From Patescibacteria group bacterium (GTDB taxonomy: Bacteria > Patescibacteriota > CPR2 > UBA1875), in the NCBI GenBank assembly GCA_041737595.1, contig JBGSRK010000010.1, positions 1-64,000 of the forward strand: a stretch of 64,000 bases of DNA, read 5' to 3'. The translations under genes were made by a program, and so were the position numbers. Below, piece after piece: positions 57,033 to 64,000 of the stretch (its first letter is position 1; every line of letters begins with the position of its first letter). The notes under the pieces are model-generated. The model searched no databases and had not been told where the DNA came from. It worked only from the letters and a program-made list of their open reading frames with translations.

Positions 57033-60000
57033 TTATCTTAATAGGGCTTTCGTACCTTCATTTATGTAATGGCTATAATTAGGGTTTAGTGTAGATATCC
57101 CATTAATTTTATTTGCTAAATTAGTCAAGCCACCGTTATTATCTATTAATATCTGTTCAACGCCTCTCGCCTGAGCGTAAGTAAGATTACTATAAACTTC
57201 CTGCACGATACGACCATCAGAAGACCACTCTTTTGCCCTTCGTACTATATCAACCGTTCTCCCTACGTAGTTTATAACCCCAGCAGATTTCTCCACATAT
57301 ACCGAATAGGTCCTGTCTGCTAACCCATTAGCGGCGGTAATGGTTGTACTAGATGCCACCAAGGCTTTGGCCAATATCGTTACGGAAGCTGCTGTAATGC
57401 CAGCGCTAATAGCGCCACTAATTGCCCCGCCAATTGCACCCGCAGTACTGCCCTTACTAAAACCATTATTAAATGAGTTACCGATGCTTGACTTTTTACC
57501 ACTCGCCCTGTCGATAGCCACCTGGGTAAGACCTCCAGCAACCCCACCAGCCACATAACCGGCAAGTGCACCCGTTATTGCACCTGCAACGAATGCACCA
57601 GCAACATAACCAGCACCTGTGCCAAGCCCTCCCGTAGCTAAGCCGACCACCGCACCCACCGCAACACCAACTACCGTCCCAACAACCCCACCAACAATGG
57701 CTGCAGCATTGTTTTTCACCCAGCTAAAAAAACCTTTACCACTAGGGTCAATCCTAGTAATTGGGTTATTGGCCGTGTAAAGATATGGATTTTGATCTAG
57801 CGCAAATTCACTGGCCACCACAGGATCTTTTGAAAAGAACCGGCCCGTTTCGGGATCATACATACGAACCTTCATGAAGTACTGTGCAAGGTCAGAGTCG
57901 TACCAATAAGAAGCATATAATCTAGGGTTAAGTTCATTGAGATTTGCAGGTACGGTGTCTGATATAGTTTCCGACTTAAGAACGTTACCCCAAGAATCAT
58001 ATTCATAATTAACCACCTTAGCACCGGTGGTGTCCGTAAGCCCCAGTACATCGCCCTTAGCATTTTTTACATATTGATACGTTTTAAATGTCCCATCTGA
58101 ATTGTATATAGAGATACTGATAAGGTTTTCATTTTCATCCCAAGTATATGCCCTAATCAAATTGCCATTTAAATCAGACTCAGAAATCAGCATATCTCCG
58201 TCATAAGAGAAATTTATATAAGATTTAGTACCCGCTGTGTCGGTTTTAATACGTTGGATTCTCCGTCCAGAATTTGAATCATAAATGTACTCAATAACAA
58301 CACCAGAAGGCAAAATTGCTTTCTTGAGCTTATTTGAACTATCATATTCATAGTTGGTAATACCTGATTTACTGTTGTTGCGACTTGTAACATTCCCTGA
58401 TTTATCATAAGAAAAAGTAGCCGAATAACTATTATTTTCGTCGTTGGCCGTGTAATTATACTGAGTAAGCTTATTACCATCACCGTTCTCATCATAAGTA
58501 TAATTTATAACGCCATCAGAACCATTTCGTGTGAGTCGGTTACCGGCAATATCATAACTATAACTATATTTTTCATCTTCAGTTAATTGGTTCCTTACAT
58601 CATAGGAATAATTAAATCTTTCTTGCCTTACTTTATCAATTATCGAGGTAACGTTTGAATTGGCATCATATTCATAACCAAACGACGCCAGAACCATAGC
58701 ATTGCGATTAGTAGTTACCGTTGATATAGTACGTCCACCATTGTCATAACCAAATCTAGTTATATCACCATTTGCTTTTGTAATTTGAGTAATTTTACCT
58801 TCCGCATCTCGCAATATTTGACCACTTGCCAGTACAGCGCCATTACTATTTTGTATATTAGTCACACCAGTCACCTGGTTATTCACATCGTAAGTCAGAC
58901 TCACTGTATTTGTTGCGGAAACAGATTGAGTGATATTACCGGCTGCATCTACAGCATCTCTTGCAATACCATTAGTATTTGTTGCAATTTGAGTAGGTCT
59001 ATTAACTGGGTCATAACTTACTGAAACGGTTTCGGAACCAGATGAAACCTGGAGATCATCAAAGGAAGCATTAGTTTGATAAGTCGCAAGTTCTATTTGA
59101 CCTTCTTTAAGTCCACGCGTAAAGGTGTAATCAATAACTTTTACATTATTTACATATAGTTTTACATTTTCACCCAAAGACACAATTTTTATGTTGTACC
59201 ATGTATTTACAGCCAAAGTCCCAGTACCATTTGCGTATTGTTCTGTCTGACCAGTTATTACTGCCCCGGCACGCCATAATGAACCGATGTAGCCAATATA
59301 ATAGTTATTGGCTCCACTAGAGCGATAAAGTAATCTAAAATACGGAGCAGTGGTTGAAGAACGGCGTACTCTAAATTCAACTGTACCATTAGAAAAGTTT
59401 AGATTTCGAATAGTGCTTTTACGATAAGTAGTTATAGCAGTTGAACTATCGGTTTGATTATATGTACCGCCAGTTAGATTCCAGCTACCAGATATAGGCG
59501 CAAGTGAATCTTGGCGTGTAATATTAAAATCGTTTTTATATAACAATTTATTCACACTTGTAGTACCAGTAACTGCTGTTACATTATGATTTTTGTCATA
59601 AATATTATTTGAGCCACCCTCAGGAGTTACTGAATTTACAACAGCGCCCATCTTGTCATAAGTAGAAGTAGAGGTATTCCCCTTTTCGTCAGTAGTAGAA
59701 ACAATATTCCCATTTCTATCATAAGTTACATTTATCGTATTACCTTCTGGGTCGGTCTGTGAAATAATTTGATTTAATACATCAAAGTTATAAGTAAAAA
59801 TCTTTCCTTTTGCGTTTATCATTTTTACTTTATTCCCCACCTTGTCATATTCAAATTGAGTAGTAGCACCAGCTTCATCTGTCGCTTTTATCATACGACC
59901 CAGTAAATCATAATCCATTAATCTTGCATTGCTTTTAGGGTCAGTTGTCTTGATTACATTACCACCTACACTATATTCAGTAATAATTGTTGTTCCTAAA

Positions 60001-63000
60001 GGATCAGTAACTTTTACTGGCCGATTAAGTCCGTCATATTCAATAGTAGAAATCTTACCAAGCGTAGATATATTCTTTATAATTAGCCCAATACTGTTAT
60101 ATTCGTTAGTCATAATTTCTCCTTTAGGAGTAACAGCCGTAAGAATATCTCCCTCCGAATTATAGGTATAACGGCTTACTTGTAATTTAGGGTCAGTAAC
60201 CGAAACTATTCTGCCCATCGCATCATACCCATAAGTAGTAACCTTGGCGTTACTGTCGGTAACACTTAAAAGAAGTCTTTTACCATCTGTAGAATAAGTA
60301 TATCTTGTAATTTGACCCTTCATATCTGTAGAAGAAGTCATATCATTCCCTACATATACATAAGTAGTTTTATTACCATCAGGATAAGTTGTCTCTAATA
60401 GATTACGATTAACATCATATTTATAATTTATGGAGTAGTAATAAATATCGTTTGTAGCAAGATCAGGGAATGTTTTTGTAAGATTAAAATTTATATCATA
60501 AACATATTTTTCACGATAATTTTTAGCATTTGTCATCGTAGACAACATATTTGCACTATCAAACCCCAATTTAGTCACTCGACCAAGAGGGTCAGTAATA
60601 GTTGTTAATCTATCGACATATGTAATATTTGTTGCATTTCCGAGAGCATCCGTAATTGCATTAACTTTGTCCCCAGTATATGTTATCGAAGTAACAGCAC
60701 CAGCTTTATCCCTAAATCTTTCTAATTTACTTGTTTCAATATATGAATATTCATAATAATTATCTTGACCATCAAACACTTTAGATAACACTCCATTTGC
60801 ATCATATTCGTAACGAACCGCTTGATTTGCATTATTATTAACCTTTATTAGGCGACTGGCGGCATTATACTCAAACGCAAGTGACCGATTCTGATTAATT
60901 ATACGTGAACAAAGACCATTAACATATTCATAACTTAAAGTATTACCTAATAAATTCGTTTTACGACTTATTTTCCCATCGGTACCAAAATAGCTTTTGT
61001 TACCAGATTTATCTAAAAGATAATATGTTCCATCCAAATTTTTAGTTAGAGATACAGTTATTCCTGCTGGTTTCTTATAGGTACCATCAGTATTTTTTGT
61101 ATATACATTAATATTTCCTGATCCATTTTTGTAATAGATATTTTCAGGATCAGATATATACAACCTCTCCTCAAAACTAGCACTCCAACCACTCCCTAAT
61201 ACACCTTGATCTTTCCAAATTTCAGGGTTATAAGTACTATATATAAGCCCACTTAATGGTTGAGCAGATGTATTTGTAAATCTCGCCGACATCTGCCAGC
61301 TGGCGGAGCCTTGAGAAACCTTTAAGGTAAGTGAGTTCCAGCCCTGTCGCAAATTTGCAGATACTATGTCACTATCAAGAGTTAGTGTTCTAGTAATTTC
61401 TCGAGAAATAAGAACTGTTCCATTTAACCAAGCCTTAATCCCATCATCAGAACCTAATCTTAATTGTACTGTCTGATCTGACGGTGAATAGACATAAACA
61501 TGAGCGTAGGCAGAAACATTAGTGGCCGTATCTACTTGGAAATTTGATAAACGGTGAAAAACCTGATTAAGTCTAACTTGAGTAGTCTCTGTTTCTGTTT
61601 CGGGGGCCCATAGATTATTACTTCCAGTCATACCTGGGCTTGGTTTCATAGTAGCTTCACCAGGTATAAATGCTTTAGTCAGCCTACTAGCAACCACTGC
61701 TTCTTTATATGGACCATTAAAAAGCCATGTCTTTATATACCCATTTGCATCTTGATTAAAAGTCTTATTAGAAAGCTGATTTGAATCATAGCTTCTGCTA
61801 AATGAAACACCACCAATACTTGAAGGTACTGACATATCAGTAGAACTATAAGAAATTCCACCCGTTACAGCATCAACTGGCCCTACTTTAGAATAAATCG
61901 AGTCAGACCCAATATGAGTTATAGAAGAAAATGATGGAGCACTTACCGTAACGGTTTTGAGACCCTTAACTACACCTTGATCAGAAAACCAAGTAATACC
62001 TGGCTGTATCATATCCCATTGAAGAGTATATGACCCAGCAATAGTTGGCACCTTCACTTTTGCTAAAACCGTTGTTATCCCACCCTTAGCAGCCACATTT
62101 GCTGGTATATCTGTCTGTAGCCCTGATTTTAAGACGGCACCGGTAGTATTATTAACCCAGTGATAACTAACCTTAGTTTGGCTAGATAACCAAACATTTC
62201 TACCCGTGTTTACAACTGTAATTGGAACTTCCGTCGTTGTACCTGCAAACATGGACGGTACATCAGTAGGATAATAAGTAGCATTATAATCATTATAACT
62301 AACGGTTAATTTAGGATAACTATTACTGTAGTCAGGGTTATTCTTGGAAACCCAGGTGCGATAGCCCCAAGTACCTTCTGCGGTAGAGGCAAAACCAATA
62401 GAACCAATCCAAGATCCCGTGCTATTTCCACCTTCATACCAATGTCTCACTAGACTCGATACATCTTGATGGTACCAACCATATGGGTTTGCTTGTGAAG
62501 CAGACCCCCAACTATTAAGAAAAGCTGGTTTATTATTCCAATAAACATTAGTGGGGTTATAAGAAGCAGTTGTATAAGCAGTTACACTACTTGTAGGACA
62601 AACTCCATTACAGTTACCATATTGGTAAACATCAAAAGCAGCACTTAAAATTCGAGCACCAGAAAGGTCAGGTAAAGTAAACTTTGTTTCGGTTCTCATA
62701 ATCCCTTTTGTTGAACCAGTCCCTACATATAATGCACGTTGATCCCACGATGTTGTTGTAGGATAACCACTTTGGACATAAGAATCCTCGGTTACATATT
62801 GAGTAATTGTAGGATCAATATAAATTGGGAATACACGCTCAGGTGCACTAAGCCACCTTAAGTCAGGTTTTACTGTTAAACGATAACCACCAGTAATAGT
62901 GCTTAAAACAGTGGGTACATTATAATTATATGAATTCTGTTCATTATCTTTACCACCTTTCGAATCCCACATTAAAAAACGTGGGATACGAAATATTTCA

Positions 63001-63701
63001 GTATTAGTTCTTGCACTTACAATTTTATATGAACCATCACCTATCGCCGCAATTGTCCCACCACTTACAGCTAAGTCAAAAGAAAATTCTCCTAAAGAAC
63101 TCTGTTTATAAAGTGTAATATATTCTTTTATACCATCATTAACTGAGTAAAAAGTTAAATCAGTATTTGGTATTACATTGGCATAATTAAGTTTATTAGT
63201 ACCAGTTGTATAAGTTTTTGATGAAGCAGTTGATTTTGTAAGAAGCGTAGCACCTGTTTTAGATTTGAATTCACCAATATTGGCAGTAATAGAAACACCA
63301 TCTTTATTTAATGAAAAACTTTTTTTTGAAAGATTCTTACTGAGTCTTAAATCAAAACTATTTTTATTATTTTTATAATCATCACCATATAAAAGACTAC
63401 TTAAAAGACCAGTATCCGTAATATTTGAATCAATGTCCTCAAAAGTCCTTACATTATTTATTGTACTTTCATAATGCATAGGTATTTCGGCTGTTACTAG
63501 CTCCTTACTACCATCGGACTTAAGATAAATTTTGCTATTTTCTGTTCTTTTTGATGTAAGTTCTATTTTACCAGTGGCGGGTGGGGTAGGTTCTGCCTCA
63601 GCCGTAGCATCAGCAGCAGCAAAAGCAACTGATGGAGTAACTGGTAAAAGAGAAAACATCATTATAAATATTAAAAACCAGGAAAACATTTTTCTAAGCA
63701 T
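57033..63701 (-). CDS. secreted WapA-like RHS polymorphic toxin with C-terminal URI-fold nuclease
   Basis: Signal peptide, many YD repeats, RHS core (RMYDPETGRFFSKDP...NPYLY..NNP..RIDPSG), glycine-zipper segment, tip YVGRT..RR...ARGVEQ.LI...NKIN (Tox-URI2-like). Confidence 0.92.
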   Translation of the reverse strand: MLRKMFSWFLIFIMMFSLLPVTPSVAFAAADATAEAEPTPPATGKIELTSKRTENSKIYLKSDGSKELVTAEIPMHYESTINNVRTFEDIDSNITDTGLLSSLLYGDDYKNNKNSFDLRLSKNLSKKSFSLNKDGVSITANIGEFKSKTGATLLTKSTASSKTYTTGTNKLNYANVIPNTDLTFYSVNDGIKEYITLYKQSSLGEFSFDLAVSGGTIAAIGDGSYKIVSARTNTEIFRIPRFLMWDSKGGKDNEQNSYNYNVPTVLSTITGGYRLTVKPDLRWLSAPERVFPIYIDPTITQYVTEDSYVQSGYPTTTSWDQRALYVGTGSTKGIMRTETKFTLPDLSGARILSAAFDVYQYGNCNGVCPTSSVTAYTTASYNPTNVYWNNKPAFLNSWGSASQANPYGWYHQDVSSLVRHWYEGGNSTGSWIGSIGFASTAEGTWGYRTWVSKNNPDYSNSYPKLTVSYNDYNATYYPTDVPSMFAGTTTEVPITVVNTGRNVWLSSQTKVSYHWVNNTTGAVLKSGLQTDIPANVAAKGGITTVLAKVKVPTIAGSYTLQWDMIQPGITWFSDQGVVKGLKTVTVSAPSFSSITHIGSDSIYSKVGPVDAVTGGISYSSTDMSVPSSIGGVSFSRSYDSNQLSNKTFNQDANGYIKTWLFNGPYKEAVVASRLTKAFIPGEATMKPSPGMTGSNNLWAPETETETTQVRLNQVFHRLSNFQVDTATNVSAYAHVYVYSPSDQTVQLRLGSDDGIKAWLNGTVLISREITRTLTLDSDIVSANLRQGWNSLTLKVSQGSASWQMSARFTNTSAQPLSGLIYSTYNPEIWKDQGVLGSGWSASFEERLYISDPENIYYKNGSGNINVYTKNTDGTYKKPAGITVSLTKNLDGTYYLLDKSGNKSYFGTDGKISRKTNLLGNTLSYEYVNGLCSRIINQNRSLAFEYNAASRLIKVNNNANQAVRYEYDANGVLSKVFDGQDNYYEYSYIETSKLERFRDKAGAVTSITYTGDKVNAITDALGNATNITYVDRLTTITDPLGRVTKLGFDSANMLSTMTNAKNYREKYVYDINFNLTKTFPDLATNDIYYYSINYKYDVNRNLLETTYPDGNKTTYVYVGNDMTSSTDMKGQITRYTYSTDGKRLLLSVTDSNAKVTTYGYDAMGRIVSVTDPKLQVSRYTYNSEGDILTAVTPKGEIMTNEYNSIGLIIKNISTLGKISTIEYDGLNRPVKVTDPLGTTIITEYSVGGNVIKTTDPKSNARLMDYDLLGRMIKATDEAGATTQFEYDKVGNKVKMINAKGKIFTYNFDVLNQIISQTDPEGNTINVTYDRNGNIVSTTDEKGNTSTSTYDKMGAVVNSVTPEGGSNNIYDKNHNVTAVTGTTSVNKLLYKNDFNITRQDSLAPISGSWNLTGGTYNQTDSSTAITTYRKSTIRNLNFSNGTVEFRVRRSSTTAPYFRLLYRSSGANNYYIGYIGSLWRAGAVITGQTEQYANGTGTLAVNTWYNIKIVSLGENVKLYVNNVKVIDYTFTRGLKEGQIELATYQTNASFDDLQVSSGSETVSVSYDPVNRPTQIATNTNGIARDAVDAAGNITQSVSATNTVSLTYDVNNQVTGVTNIQNSNGAVLASGQILRDAEGKITQITKANGDITRFGYDNGGRTISTVTTNRNAMVLASFGYEYDANSNVTSIIDKVRQERFNYSYDVRNQLTEDEKYSYSYDIAGNRLTRNGSDGVINYTYDENGDGNKLTQYNYTANDENNSYSATFSYDKSGNVTSRNNSKSGITNYEYDSSNKLKKAILPSGVVIEYIYDSNSGRRIQRIKTDTAGTKSYINFSYDGDMLISESDLNGNLIRAYTWDENENLISISIYNSDGTFKTYQYVKNAKGDVLGLTDTTGAKVVNYEYDSWGNVLKSETISDTVPANLNELNPRLYASYWYDSDLAQYFMKVRMYDPETGRFFSKDPVVASEFALDQNPYLYTANNPITRIDPSGKGFFSWVKNNAAAIVGGVVGTVVGVAVGAVVGLATGGLGTGAGYVAGAFVAGAITGALAGYVAGGVAGGLTQVAIDRASGKKSSIGNSFNNGFSKGSTAGAIGGAISGAISAGITAASVTILAKALVASSTTITAANGLADRTYSVYVEKSAGVINYVGRTVDIVRRAKEWSSDGRIVQEVYSNLTYAQARGVEQILIDNNGGLTNLANKINGISTLNPNYSHYINEGTKALLR

Positions 63702-63731
63702 TTTAGACCTCCTCCCCCAATTTATTAGTAC

Positions 63732-63754
63732 AAAAAAGACCGCACAGGGCGGTC
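63732..63754 (-). terminator. intrinsic terminator within the RHS leader
   Basis: GACCGC-cctgt-GCGGTC-TTTTTT shortly upstream of the GGAGGAGG SD. Confidence 0.7.
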
Positions 63755-63882
63755 GTAAAAATATCCTCTAACGCTATTATAGCCAGTGAGTTGTAAAACG
63801 ACAGGCTTGTATGCCTGTCCCCCTTTCTCAAAACATTAAGCGAACTGCTCAACATTGATAATCCTTATATTTAATTAAGCTA

Positions 63883-63911
63883 ATACTATACCTAGGTATA
63901 ATTAATGTCAA
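63883..63911 (-). promoter_or_regulatory. promoter of RHS locus with palindrome in the spacer
   Basis: TTGACA-17-TAGTAT; perfect 14-bp palindrome TATACCTAGGTATA at 63887-63900. Confidence 0.55.
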
Positions 63912-64000
63912 TAGTTTTTATTTGTCATCTTAGTTATGGCTAATAATAGTAAGTAAGCGGTAGAGTATATTATTTTTGCTTGTCCCTAAATTTCAATTAT

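Noticed and set aside
3202-63771. Numerous short antisense or overlapping ORFs in the track (e.g. 11203..11730, 23489..24001, 37611..38081, 47593..47985)
   Set aside because: They lie opposite or within well-supported genes and have shadow-ORF composition.
1-64000. CRISPR array, rRNA, IS transposase, integrase, alternative genetic code
   Set aside because: No regularly spaced repeats or such genes seen. TGA acts as a stop (for example in acd), and long ORFs translate normally under code 11.

Overview
AT-rich bacterial window using the standard genetic code, with almost all genes on the - strand. Its gene content resembles a Patescibacteria/CPR genome (inferred from a short AlaRS, an FtsA-like plus baseplate-J-like pair, and many single-pass acidic surface proteins). 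From left to right it contains: a GC-rich end with a tRNA-Ala/tmRNA-like 3' remnant before ddl; prmC, obgE and a LysM-M23 peptidase; an ftsA-like/baseplate-J-like/ruvX/mltG/purN/ABC-2 run; a heliorhodopsin; alaS; a GC-rich islet of three ~90-aa ORFans with structured UTRs; mnmA and an iscS-iscU cluster led by a Phd/YefM-fold protein with a CxxC tail under a perfect 16-bp-arm palindrome; a tatD-metG-rsmI-rsmA block; pcrA; a ~19 kb glycolysis-to-acetate cluster (gap, pgk, tpi, fba, ppsA, eno, apgM, pfkB, ADP-forming acetyl-CoA synthetase, 4-subunit 2-oxoacid:ferredoxin oxidoreductase); tRNA-Glu flanked by partial copies of itself around a small GIY-YIG nuclease; and a 2222-aa RHS toxin with an adjacent immunity gene. 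The best candidates for undescribed biology are the tRNA-targeting GIY-YIG cassette with associated miniature palindromic insertions (one sits in-frame in tatD), the antitoxin-fold CxxC regulator of Fe-S genes, and a heliorhodopsin lacking both conserved His residues. All calls are by eye from motifs; no database searches were run.
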